Source: Lama guanicoe (Eukaryota). Taken from it: 64,000 bases of DNA. Position 1 is the stretch's first letter. Each line of letters opens with the position of its first letter. The DNA is taken from NCBI GenBank assembly GCA_013239625.1, contig MU054323.1, forward strand, positions 1,984,001 to 2,048,000, in the 5' to 3' direction. A program made the position numbers and the translations under genes. The notes beneath the pieces are model-generated. The model was not told where the DNA came from and ran no database searches. It was given only the letters and a program-made list of their open reading frames with translations. This document shows, in pieces, positions 39,950-52,406 of the stretch.

Positions 39950-41060
39950 CCTGCATTCCATCATTCCTTCATTGACACGTTCGTTCACTAATTACTTTAT
40001 TTTTCAAATATTTACCTGTGCTAGTCACCATTGTAAGCATTGGGAGATGAGTGATAAAATTTAAAGAAGAAACCATCCATTAACTCAAGAAGTTGACAGT
40101 CTGATAAGGAAATTAAGACCCTGGCACAAACTATAAAGTAGAAACGTATGAGTCATGAAAGAGTCACTGATTAAGGACTGTGGAAAGTTAAAGGGGAAAG
40201 AAAGGAAATGTCCACTGGAAGATTCCAGGAAGGATTTCATAACTGATGTGAAATTCAGGCTGAGTCTTAAGGAAGGAGAGAAAGGAGAAACAGTGGTGAC
40301 TGTAAAAGGAAGTAGTGGTTTGAAACAAGGTGTGATCTTGGGCAGCAGAGGCATGCGTGAGTCTTGGCAAATCCTTAGTGTCCCTTAAACCCACAGTCCA
40401 CTTGGAAGAATAATGGGAGAAGATGGACGATGGAAGATGGGCTGAGGCCACATCTTGAAGGTCTTTACATGCCTGGCAAGGATGTATTCAGTGGGCTGAA
40501 GGATTCTGAGCAGGCAAACATAACTATGATTTAGAAAGATTAATCTAAGACCATGTGTAAATTGACGGGGGGGGGGGAACCTGAAAAAATGCAGGTGAGA
40601 GATAATAAACACTCTAGCTGGAGCATCTGGAGAAGAAAAGAGGGGATGCATAGGGTAGATTTACAACAGAGGAGCTGATAAGGTTTCAGAGTTATGTGTT
40701 GTTGTAAAAGGGATACGGGTTTTGGAATCAGACAGGATTTAGGATGAACTTCATTTTTCCTCACTCTTGGAACTCCCTGGAGTAAGTCACAGCTTCTCCA
40801 GGCTCCTCTTTCTTCCTCCCCAGCAATGTACCTGTCTGTGCACATGTTATTGAAGGCATAATGGGAAGGGGGGCTCACCTGATCCATCTCAGGTTGTGGA
40901 GAAGCTCAGATGTGATATGTGTGGAAATATTTCACATAGCCTGAAAAACACTCCAAAGTTCATTGTGGTTATTTCAGTTACTACCTGGATGTGTGGGACA
41001 CACAGAAGAGAAGGGTCTCGGGTGAATGTCCGGTTTTTGAACCGGAATGCCTGTGAAGGT
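39950..41060 (-). mobile_element. L2 fragment with an inserted MIR (~40715-40930)
   Basis: cattcc/ttcattg L2 3' repeats, gaaggtcttt...tggcaagga...ggtagattt; MIR-like ttggaatcagacagga...gagtaagtcac. Confidence 0.6.
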
Positions 41061-41099
41061 GGGAAATGAAGGGAAGGATGGGAAAGGAGTTCACCAGTC

Positions 41100-42100
41100 A
41101 CCCTATAGCTCAAAATAAACTCCAGGTGGATCAAAGATGTAACTGTAAACTTAAAACCACTGAAGACATTTTATAATGTATCAGCTGAGAACAATTCCAG
41201 GGAAGCTAGAAACCAAAAAGGAAAATATTAATAAAACTGGCTGTATTAGAAATTATGACTTACATACAAAAAAAATAATAATAACAGGGAAGAAGGCTGG
41301 AAGGAAAACAGCAAACGGGGAAACTTGTTTGTCAATCATATAAGTGACGCTGAGTTGATTACTCATTCTGAGTCTGAATACATAAAGAGTTTTACAGAAC
41401 AATCAAAACTGCAAATGAGAAACCAAGCAGAAAAAAAGGCAAAGAATGTGAATGAGCAATTTGTAAAAAAAAAAAAAGTGCAAATCAATATACATTATAC
41501 AAAAGAAAACTAATTTAATCTTAATCTAAGATAAGCAAATAAAATGAGGTCTTTTTTTTTTCACCTACTAGATTGAAAATGTGTTTTTATGAAGGATTGG
41601 GAAATGATTACTCTCATGTACTGTGGGGGTGGGGGTAAAATATAAATTATACAGCCTTTCTGATGTTCAGTTTGGTGGGTAAAAGTGATATATCCTTTGA
41701 CACATTAAACCTATTTCTGGAAATTTACCCTAAGAACATAAATATGCAAATGTGAAAATATAAGTAAATAAAGATGTTTATTTCATTATTGTTTAAAATC
41801 ACAAAAAAAGGAACGTGAAATATATACTAGATTAGGTAAATAAGTTATTCCTAAAATTTCTTTAGGTACTAAAATTGATGACATATATCTTTGTTTATTG
41901 AAATGTAAAGCTGTTAGCATATTATTGAATGAAGATGTATAGCATTATCCCATTTATGTAAAATATTATGTATATCTAAGACACCTAAATGTATACATGT
42001 ATATATGTACACTTCTTTCTTTACTTTTTTATACAAGATATTTCTAGAGGGATATTTATTAAAATATTACCAGTGTTTTTTTCTGGACCATAAGATTTCT
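41100..42100 (+). mobile_element. ancient L1 (L1ME-like) ORF2 3'/3' UTR remnant
   Basis: aaaataaactccaggtggatcaaagatgtaactgtaaa...ctggaaatttaccctaag. Confidence 0.65.
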
Positions 42101-42120
42101 GGTACATTGTTCTGGTACAA

Positions 42121-42595
42121 TGAAACCATGGGATTTTAATTTATGGAGGTTACTGATGACACAGAGAAGTCAATGTTATTGGGGAAAAAAAGCTTATTAC
42201 TTACAAGTTTGAGATGAGAGTGTGCACCATGCCATGCAGGGCAACAGGCGGAAGCACCAGGTTTGGTTAGGAGGCAGTGAGGGGAAAAAATATAGCCTGG
42301 AGCCTTTACTGAGTTTTCTGTGGGCAAGGCAGGGCAGGGGAAACAGTTTAGGACTGGCTAGTTGGAATAATTTTGATAGGCTCTGGGATGTGGGGTGGTT
42401 GTCTGGTAACTGGCCCTGAGCTGATTTAGGGCAGAGGGAATATTAACTTGGTGTGTGAGAGTTAGATAAAGGAGGTGGCTGGGGGTGTGGGTGTGGAATT
42501 GGTTGGTTTGCATGTGAAAGTTGTGTTTCCAGGCATGTTTTTTATTATCTCTAGGACTTAGCCAACCCTTGGCGGGGAAGTCAAAACATCACAAC
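42121..42595 (-). mobile_element. MER76-like ERVL solo LTR
   Basis: gaagcaccaggtttggttaggaggcag...gcagggcagggga aacagtttaggactggctagttggaataattt. Confidence 0.75.
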
Positions 42596-45269
42596 ATTAA
42601 GAACTTGATTAATACAGGAGGGAGTGAATGGAGGGAAGGAGAGGGGGAGTGGTTGTTGGGCCGAGGCCCTGAGAAGGTAGAGGTGATGGAGTCTGATGAT
42701 GAGTGGAAGATTTGCTATGGTCTGAAGAAGGAGCAGTGTTTCCTCCAAGGATGAAGAGATAAAGGTGTGAGAAGCTCCACAAAAGTCGGCCATAGAGAGA
42801 GGGGCAAAGGAACTCACCCTCAGATGGCCGGTCTTAGGGGAAAAAAGGTATTACTAAAAACTTATCAGGCTAGAGTTTGGTAAAGGATTTTAAAAGAATT
42901 GAGGAAGTTTTAGACAACTGTTGGAGAAAATCAGCAGGTGGCTTTCTAGGTGTGAGTAAAAGAATAGCCATTGGAGTCCTACTGTGGTTATCGTCAGACA
43001 GAAAGAGGGGTAAGTCTGACTCAGAGTATTGTTAATGCGATAGACTCTTAGATTTGTTCCGCTTTATTCTTAAACTTCAAGTCCTTGAGCAAACCAGTTT
43101 CTGCACCAAGAACCAGCTTCCTTGGCAGGCCAGTGGGATGAGATGAGAACCTACAATGACCACAATATAGACCACTGTCCACCATCCTGGGTGGCTCTTG
43201 AATCATGTGAGACGCATCCTGGGAGGCTCCCTCCCCTCCCTTCCTCGTTAGTTGGAACATACAACCCTCTACACACCAACTCCTCCTCCACATACTTGCA
43301 TTTGGAAATGATTACTAACAGCCCCCCTCCCAATCCCTGACATGGCGTGAGAAAGGGGTGAAAAGTACCTCGCATTGTCTTAGGACTTTCCCAAGATTCC
43401 ATAGCTTGAACATTTTCACAGATCTGTCTTTTTCAATCCTTCCCCCTACTGAGATGAAGAACAACATGTGACCAGCTCCCACATGAGACTCACAAGAGGC
43501 AGGAAATAAACGTGTTCATGAATGAATGAATGAATGAATGATGTCACTCTTTACTTCAGTAGAGCTTTACCATGAGCAGTGCGAGATCGAAGAGGACCTA
43601 ATTATCACTGCTTTCTCTCTTCTTGCTTGGTTGAGTCACTGATGTCTCCAAATGCTTGAGTGAGGGCAGATGAAGGAGAGAAACACGAAACAGCCCCAGA
43701 TGTCAACTGATTCCACATGACAGAGGCTGGCTGTGTGAGGCGATAGCTGTGTTCTGTGGACATCAGGCTGAGCGGTGCCAAGATGGACACATTCAGAAAA
43801 ACAACAAGCCAACGTGATCATCTCTCTGGCTCTTGTCTTCCTTTATTTCAACCAAGCTGCATTCTTTACTCCTGATTTGGAGGCTATTTACAGGACATCC
43901 CAGGGAGCCAGCCCATGGCGTGCACTCTACTTTCCTCTGGAAATATTAGATTTTGTCTCCTGGGGGAGTCAGAAGGATTGTTTGTTAGTTTAAAAATAAA
44001 TCACACATTTGATTGTGATTGTGCAAGACTGTCTCCACCTCCATGAAGGGTCTATTTCAGAGCTGACGGAAAGGAAGATGTCCGCAGGGAGATCGAAAGC
44101 AGGACTGTTGTCTGAGGGGCATACTGTCTCTTATCTGGAGATAAGAGAGCCAAGAAAAGAAGTAATAACACTGCAGGGACTGCCTGCTGTGTAACTGATG
44201 TGTTTTACCAAGAAAGGGAAGTCAAAAGGGAAAAGAATTACCCATTACTGGGAGGGAAGTAATACCCAAGCCAACTTTTCCCATTGCATCTCTAGTGGAC
44301 TCTTGGAAATAAAAAGGGCAGAAAAAGCAAGCAAAAGTTGTACAATATCTGTGACATCCAAAACAGAGATTTTGAAGGCCCCACGGCCCACTTCAGTAAT
44401 TATCCCATTCTTCATCACATCTTCCAGGCACCTGCCTGGACCTTTACTCTGATTACATGAAAAACATTTCTTGTTTGAATCACACAGAAAAGTCCCTGTT
44501 TTTCCTCCAACTACATATTTTCTCTGGACAGTCTTTTCATTCTCATAGCCCAATACAACACATAGGATGATAAAACCTAGCATGCAGCCTGTGGCCTCAG
44601 TCTTTTTTTCTGAGCTCTTGTCATTTCTGCAAAGCTGTATCTGATTGTCTCAGAGATACCTTGTTTCCGAAACTAAAACCACCATATCTCCTCCTTCCTG
44701 GTGTATTAATCAATGGTCACCATACCCAGTTGGTTGAACTCAAAAACTACCTGCACCATGACCAGAGTTATTGTCTTAAAGGCTCGATCATGTCAGGCTT
44801 CTTTGAGAAAGAATAAAACCCACACCTCAGCCTAGAATGATCAGTTTACTGAAGTCACAGATCTGTAGATTGCCTTTATTATCTTGCACTCTTTGAGGCA
44901 TTCAATGCCTCCTTCTTGGAACATCTTCCTTCATTCTTGTAACCTTCTATTCTTTTATTCTTTCCCTTTGTAAGTTTCTTGTTTGGGCTCTTCCTCTTTC
45001 TTCCCTATAGTGATGCTTTTCCTTAATAAAGATATTTCCAAATCTTCCTTATTCTCTATATTAGAAAGCCTAAAAATCATCCTGAGGGCTTCTTATTCAG
45101 TAGATCAGGGATTTGTACTTTTTACAAGCTCTCCTGGTGACCCTAAGTGGTCTGTATAACACCATTTTTTGTATATAATTTGTGAGACAAATAAATGCAA
45201 GTTGGTACTATCTTTACAAGCAGTAGATATACTATAGTTTATCTGTAACTCATGTTTCTCCTAGCAAGA

Positions 45270-45640
45270 CCAAGTGGCAGAGATTGGCTAGATATTCAGC
45301 AGACGTACTTCCTCTGCTCTCTTGCAGATCTGTGTGGCCACGTGCTGAGTCCTGGCCTAGGAGTAGAAGTAATATGCTCATAAAAACCTTCCATTTGTAC
45401 TTCTCCATGGTCTTTACCTCTTCCAGTTGGCTGAGTCAATATCATGGAAAACTCAGAGGTCATGTGTTAAAGTGGCAGACGCTCTGTCATCCTGAATCGT
45501 TAGCATACTTCATGGGGAAGGGTTTCCATGCTGACATTTCTACTCTTTCCAGTACTGTTACATCCAAGAAACAAACGGATTGCTCCAAGTCACTGAAATT
45601 TGTGGGCTATTTGTTATAGCAGCTGACATTTCACTCATAC
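45270..45640 (+). mobile_element. MLT1I/J-like MaLR solo LTR
   Basis: gtggcagagattggctagat...aagtcactgaaatttgtgggctatttgttatagcagc. Confidence 0.7.
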
Positions 45641-45760
45641 AGTTAGATGAAAGTTAACAGTAAATCAGCCATTCCCATGGTGTATCTCAAGAATATCTGA
45701 CTACTCCATGTTGATCTTCCATGTCTCCTGGCTTCCTCATCACTGTAAAATTACTTAGCC

Positions 45761-47127
45761 CAGGGATTATTAACTTTTCTTGTGCAATGAATACTTTGGC
45801 AGCCTGGTGAATCCTGTAAATACCTTTTAGAAGAAAATATTTTTAATATTTTTTAAACTTTAGAGAGTTGAGCCAAGATGGAGGCATAGAGAGAATCACA
45901 GCTTGCCCTCTCCCACAAATACACCAAGAATTACATCTACCAACCCACTGAATCACGCAGAACACCTACTAAACTCTGGCAGAGTGTCTCTCATTTCAAA
46001 ATATAAGAGGATTCTCACAAAATCCAATAAACAAGTTTATACTGTAAAGCACAGGGAACTATATTCAATATCTTGTAGTAACTAATGGTGAAAAAGAATA
46101 TGAAAATGAATGTATGTATGTTCCTATGTGACTGAAGTAGTGTACTGTACACCAGAAATTGACACAATATTGTAAACTGACTATACTTCAATAAAATATA
46201 TATATATAAATCAATTTTTTAAACTTTAAAAATTAAAATATGGCATTGTTACTAACATTTAAAGAGCAAAACAACACATTTAAAATTTAAGTAAATTAGA
46301 AGTGGATTTTATTTTTCACACATACACCAATATGAAGGTTGGCCATTGTTTTTTGCCTTGAATAAGGATATTGAACTGTGGGGTGGTCTTTGTCAAGGCA
46401 ACACACAGGTCATGTTGGGCAGTTAGTCAATGTTGATTTTTTGTTTTTGATGGTTACAAGTGTAGAAATCCCAATTCACAAAGATATATTGTGGTATTTT
46501 GAATAAAAGCTCCCATAGATAGTATTGCAAGGCCAAGATAGTCTTTCAAGGAATACCAGAAATCTCCATGGATTTTTTTGAGTTACACTCCAATGTTTTG
46601 CGATTTTAGGTTTGCGATCAATGAGCTCATATTTGGCTAGATCAACATCTCTGATACGATTTATATCAGAAACTGTTCCGTAACACATAATGAAAATGAC
46701 TCATCCCTTTCCACATGTTGATCAACAAATAATTGTAGAGAGAATGTATTGCAGATGTCTGGGTAACCAGTAGTTGGTGGCTGATGACACCTGGCTTCGG
46801 GTTGCCTGGAAGTCAACTGGTGACATTACACGAGAAGAGTGTGATCACATGTGATCTACATTTAGGTTTAATAACTAACATAGTTTAAAAGAATTCTGAA
46901 ATATCTGTAATAACTGTCATGCACTAGGGCAATATCTGATTTTTATTGGTGAAAACCACAATTACAGCCAATACTCCTGGGGCTTATTGTCTACATTTAT
47001 AATGAAACGAAATGCTAAATTTCAGTTAAACTTATTGAAAAGAAATGTTTTCTCAAGTTCAAGGAATGCACTGAATTCTGCCCATTGAACCCTTGGAGAG
47101 AGCTGTGGACTCAGATAGCAACCCCTG
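45761..47127 (-). mobile_element. Charlie4-like hAT DNA transposon with fossil transposase C-terminus (~46345-46660)
   Basis: Termini CAGGG...CCCTG; partial 8-bp TSD acttagcc/ctccagcc; frameshifted minus-strand translation GDFWYSLKDYLGLA..TTIYLCELGF..TLVTIKNK..HDLCVALTKTTPQF..KKQ fits the hAT C-terminal dimerisation domain. Confidence 0.8.
45863..46213 (+). mobile_element. bipartite mini-L1 (L1 5' terminus fused to L1 3' terminus)
   Basis: 5' UTR start gagagttgagcCAAGATGG...cccacaaatacacc...cagaacacctact to ~46026; 3' UTR ataaacaag...cttcAATAAA (46190-46195) plus (TA)n; exact 15-bp TSD attttttaaacttta at 45848-45862 and 46214-46228. Confidence 0.85.
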
Positions 47128-47899
47128 CTCCAGCCCTCTGAGATACGGCTGCGCTGGGATAGAATGCTCCTCTCTTGCCAACGGTGCAGGTTCCGCATGT
47201 GCAAGTGGCCTTCACGTAACCTGAAAGGGGAAATCACTCCTCCCCTTCTTCCATCTCATGTGGGCTCTTACCTTTTCCCCTGCCCTTTACTCCGTGGTAG
47301 AACCACCCCCCCAGAAGGAGGACCTGCTAGAACCCACGTGCCAGGCCAGGCCACGCACGCTAGTTGTGCCAGACGTGTACTGAGTGTTAGCCTTTCCCTT
47401 TCCTCATGTCTTTTCAGTGGTGGGGCTGGAGGACCTTCTTTAAGTTTCTTCCTATCCAATTTCTTCCCATTTCTTCCCAGTCTTGTTTCCTCATAGTTTT
47501 ATATGAGTACCATATAAAATATAGGGCACCATATGAAAGTGAGATGGAATTAACCTATATAGACACAAAAATACAAATAAACACGTTTATTATGTTTACT
47601 TTTCCTTAGGATAATTACCCTAAACATTAGATTTAGTGTTCTCGCACACACATACACGCTCAGAATAATTTAGCATTATCAGCAAATCGGATTGCTATGG
47701 AGGACTTCCACTCGATTATGAGCTTCAAGAGGAATGGAACTGAGTCTTAGACATCTGTGAACCTCTGGCACCTGTCTCAGTGACTGACACAGAGCATGTA
47801 CTCAGTAAATGTTCATTAAAGCAAACTAAAGCTTGCTAGTTTATGCATGATTTCAAAATATACTGGAGATATATATATATGAAATAACGGGCACAATTT

Positions 47900-48120
47900 G
47901 TTTTTGACTGAAGTAGAGTTAGCTGAACGTAATGTAGTCTTTCAGTAATTCTGAAACCTTGGGAAAGTTACTTAAACTGACTGCAGCTCACTTAACTCCT
48001 TGGTAAAATAAGGATAATAATATCTGCTTCTTAGAATGATGAGGATTAGCACGTGACAAGTGTTCAGAGTAAGACTGAGCACATAGTAGTACCTCAGCTA
48101 ATTAATTGTTACTAGAAATA
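47900..48120 (+). mobile_element. MIR SINE
   Basis: accttgggaaagttacttaaac...gtaaaataaggataataata...gagcacatagtag. Confidence 0.7.
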
Positions 48121-48239
48121 GTAGTAGCCACAGTAGTAATTTCATCACTAAAAGAAGTGCCAAGGAGGATTGAAACACTCAGAACTTCATGTTCTACAAA
48201 AAAATTCTGATCTTATTGCCTATTAAGCTCTAGTGTTTG

Positions 48240-48900
48240 TTTTTTAATTAAAGCATAATTGACATACAACATCATATTAGTTTCAGGTGTACATCGTTGT
48301 GACTTGATATTTATATAAATTTTGAAATGGTTGCCACAGTAAGTCTAGTTACTGTCTGTCTCCATACAAAATTATTGTAGTATGACTGACTGTTCTTCCC
48401 AGGCTGTACGTTATATCCCCATCACCTGTTTATTTTATAACGAGAAGTTTGTAGCTACTCATCTTTTATAACCAAACAATATTCCATTGTACATAGAAAC
48501 GGCATCTTCTTTATCCAGTCATCACTCAGTGGACACAGGTTGCTTCCATATCTCAGCTACTGTAAATAAAGCTGAAATGAACATGCGGGTGCACATGTCT
48601 TTTCAAGTCTGTGTTTTTGAAAAGATGCTCCATGTCACCGATCATCAGGGAAATGCAGGTCAAAGCCATAGTGTCACCTCGCAGCTGAAGGACAATTATC
48701 AAAAAGACAAAAAACAACAAGTTTTGGTGAGAATGTAGAGAAAGGGGAAAGCCCTGCATACTGTTGGTGGGAATGTAAATTGGTGCAGTAACTATGGAAA
48801 ACAGTATGGAAGTTTCACAATAATTAAAAAAAAAGAACTCTCCTCTGATCCAGCGATTCTACTTTGCAGCATTTATCTGAAGAAAATGAAAACACTGAAT
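48240..48900 (-). mobile_element. L1MA-like element with 5' inversion
   Basis: Minus-strand 3' end 48240-48618 abuts plus-strand ORF2 piece 48618-48900; degenerate TSD tagtgtttgttttttaa / tggtgtctgcttttaa. Confidence 0.8.
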
Positions 48901-50789
48901 GGTGTCTGCTTTTAAGTTTGCTTTGTCCTCCAGCCTCACTGCCAGCCACTCAGCTGTCAGTCTGAGTTACTCTCTACCCTAAAAGTTTCCCTGTAAATTT
49001 CATTGTATAATTGACTATGAACTTGAAATCAAGACAATACAGGACAATTTGGATTGTGCACAGAATGGTGTTAAGTAGATGGGTCTGTGTATCCCATACG
49101 TGCAGCCATTGTCCTGATTGACTTTTATGATAACAATATTTAGAAGTCTGGAAGGACTAATTTTCTGAATAAATGGGTGTATCTACCTAATAAGCGAGGC
49201 GTTGCTGTACATGCACGGGGAGCATCACCTTTCTTGTATCTCTTTATCATGATTACTTTCTCCATCTTTACCCCAGTCTTAAGGCAGCAGATTCTCTGAA
49301 AGCACCCCAAGGGTATGGTTGGAAAATGGTAAACTGCTTGATTTTCAGGGGCTACTTCAATATTCTGTGATTTATGTACGTGACCAATTCCAGGCCTCAG
49401 GTGTATCTCGAGATGAATGAGACTGGCTAGATCCCGCAAAGGCATTTCTTCTCACGCTTTAGATTCCAACTAATAAAACGAAGGATGATATTTCTTCTTG
49501 TCAACACCTGGACTGGCCGGATGTGATTTCCGGCCCCTGCTGGTGGGCAGAGGCAGGGCGGGGTCTCTGCCACATTGATGGGTGTGAATTCAGCTCCCAG
49601 CTCCCGTTTTTGCAGAGGAGCAAATACCAGAATGTTTAGCTCTGCAGGTGGCTGTGTCATTCTTGATGTATTTCTTGCTGTCTAACCAGTCGGTAATTTA
49701 AAGTTTATAAATCTGAGCCTATGGTGGAGACAAGTTGGATGGGAGATTTTGTGTTTAGGAAGAATATGTCTATAGGGCTTTTAAACAGAACAGTATTGAG
49801 TTGTTTGTGTCACTGTTTTATGGTTCTGGATAGTCTGTTCTAACTGGACAAAATTTCAAGATTTATGGTAACATCAGTCTAAAGAATGGTTTATTTTTTA
49901 ACATGTTCACATGTCACCGTCCAGCTGAGGGAGACTTCTCACGGTTCCTACCGCTTTGGCTGGACCAGTTTCCTTTCTGGCTTCTTGAACAGGTTTGCAT
50001 CTGGGGAAGGAGAGGCTCCCCAGGGTAGGGCTTGGCCTCATTAGTGCACATCAATGGTATGGCCAGACGAGAAGCAGACCCCATGGGAATTTCAAGGGAC
50101 TAGGAGGGTATAATGTTGACTTGAGGTCTCAGCTCCATCCCTGCACAAATCAAGTGTTCACCTTGAGGAAGGGGCCAGAACCTCCCTGGGCAGCGGTGTG
50201 GCTGCCATGGAAACGCACAACTTGAACTTCCCTCAAAAAGGAGACTTCCGGTGAGGACTGTGATTAGCTGCCACCGCCAAGCGCACACTCAGGATCCACC
50301 ATAGCCTCCTTGCCAACCCCACACTCTTCCGGAGATGCTCCCAGACAACCACTGAACACAGCAGGGGCAGAGAATGGGCTCGTCCCTCCCAAAACAGGAC
50401 TTTTCTCCAACGGGCAATAGATGCCCCGGCGCTCCCATCGCTGGCCCAGCGCGTTCAGAGCTGATGGGAACCTGAGGCTCTTCAACACTGCTTCATCTTT
50501 TCTCTCCTTTAAAAAGTGTCAACAGCATCCCACTCTGCAGAAGCCCCTGCCTGCCCCCTGTTCCCTCTCCTCTTTTTCTTCACGAGAGTTTTCCCCACTA
50601 AATCTCTCCCACATCAATTTCTACATTGGCTTCTGCTTCACAGAGGACCTGAACTGACATAGTCAGTGCGCGGACACGTGTTATTTGTTGCCTACACTGC
50701 GCGTTTTCCCTTTCTGTGTGGGAATGTAATCCCCCCATAAACCCAACCACTTTGTTGTGTAACTGCTCTTCGTCAGCCCCCACGTCCTG

Positions 50790-51230
50790 GCTCTGCTGCC
50801 CCGGGGTGGGCGCAGAAGTCAGGGCAGATCAGTGACTGTTCTCGTCTCCCTGGTCACAGCGGTTCAGGGGAGCCTGTGACCAAAACAGCCCCGTCAGAGT
50901 CCTACCCTGGGACGTGTCACACTGACACTTAGAGAGACAGTCTCCTTCCTCTTAGAGGTGAGCTAAGGGTGGGAATGAAACTTCTGATGGCCACACATCT
51001 CACACCGGAAAGAGTCTAAAATAAGGCAGCCAGTGGTCAGAGGGGAGCAGGAGGAAGGGCCTCAGGTCCAGAGTCCCCGGTCTGGAGGCTCTCAGAGCTG
51101 CCCTGCCTCCTGCCACATTTCCTTTGGCTCTGAAATCCACTCCAGAAATCCTCCCCTCGACCTCCAGCCTTTTTCTTTTTTTCAGCTTTACTTGGTTGAA
51201 TTGGCTTCTGTCACTTATACTTGAAATAGT
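50790..51230 (+). mobile_element. LTR16/LTR33-like ERVL LTR
   Basis: ccctggtcacagcggttcagggg..tgtgaccaa..tcagagtc..ccctgggac; 3' ttggttgaattggcttctgtcacttata. Confidence 0.55.
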
Positions 51231-52289
51231 TTTTATTAATAGATTCAGTTTCTAATAACCTGATTCTATAAAACTGTTCTAGAAACTGAGGTTGCTCCTG
51301 CCTTGGAAATGGAGTGAAATGTGGACCAGGAGGAAGTATCAGTAAAGTGCCCAACACAGAAGAGGCAACAATCAGTATTTTTTGAATGAAACTGCGAAAA
51401 CAGAAGAAAATTAGAATTCAGGTCCAGGAACAAGGATATGGTTCTCAACGAGTCATAACAGCGCCTAGCACATGTAAGCACTCTGTTACTATTCTGTTGA
51501 ACTATGCAAAGAATATGAAAATACTTGGATTTATTGCAATCTGTGCATCCTACTGACAAGTCAGGCTGCCTCACCGGGGCTCCCTTCCTGAGACCGTGAC
51601 CCACCCTCTGCTGCCAAGTCAGAATTCAGTAGCTGAAGAAGGACTGTGGAGGGAAGGGTAGTGGGGAAAGGGATCTAGAGACACTTAGAGAAAGTGACAA
51701 GGGGCAAAGAGAAATAATCATATGGAAGGTAAAGAGCAGGGCATCTAGGAACAGCTGGCGACCCACGACCTTTTATTTTTGCAATGAAACGAACTTCTAT
51801 CCAGGGCCAGTCTGAGACCCACAGGTTCTCTGAATAGACCCTTAATTTGGTTCCCCATTTAACCAATAGCCTTTAAATATTTGTTCAACACTTACTCAGT
51901 GGGGGTGAGTTGGAGTCAGCAAGGAATTTTGTTGCTAGCGATCATTTCCATGCCAGGCCACTGCCTGTCTTGACAAATAAAATGTATTTGCATAGGGTTG
52001 GTGTATTAGGGGTCCCATGGGGAGGGTAAACTGGCACCACATTTGTAACTTCCTCAGTGTTAGCGTGTCTCCTAGGTAGGAAATACAATACTAATCTGTG
52101 GGCTAGTTGGGTTCTGCTCCTACCAAGGAGTAATCATTGGAGGGCACATCTGGAGGACACGTCTCACCGACTGATGCCAGGAGATCGCCTGGTGCAGAGC
52201 AAGACGTCGTCTGGGGAGAGCAAGGTCCGTCGGGAGGGCCACTCTTTTTCTAAATATGTATTTAAAGTGTGAGGTTTGTTTTCTTTGGG

Positions 52290-52406
52290 GGTTAATTTTC
52301 TTGTCTCAGTTTATTTTGTTGGAGTACAGTTGGTTTAGAAGATCGTGCCAGTTTCTGGTGCACAGCACAGTGATTCGGTCGTACATTCATATCTATTCTT
52401 TTTCAT
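52290..52406 (-). mobile_element. short L1 3' end
   Basis: ttggagtacagttggttt...gtttctggtgcacagcacagtgattcgg; degenerate TSD aagtgtgaggtttgt / aagttgtgtggtctat. Confidence 0.7.
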
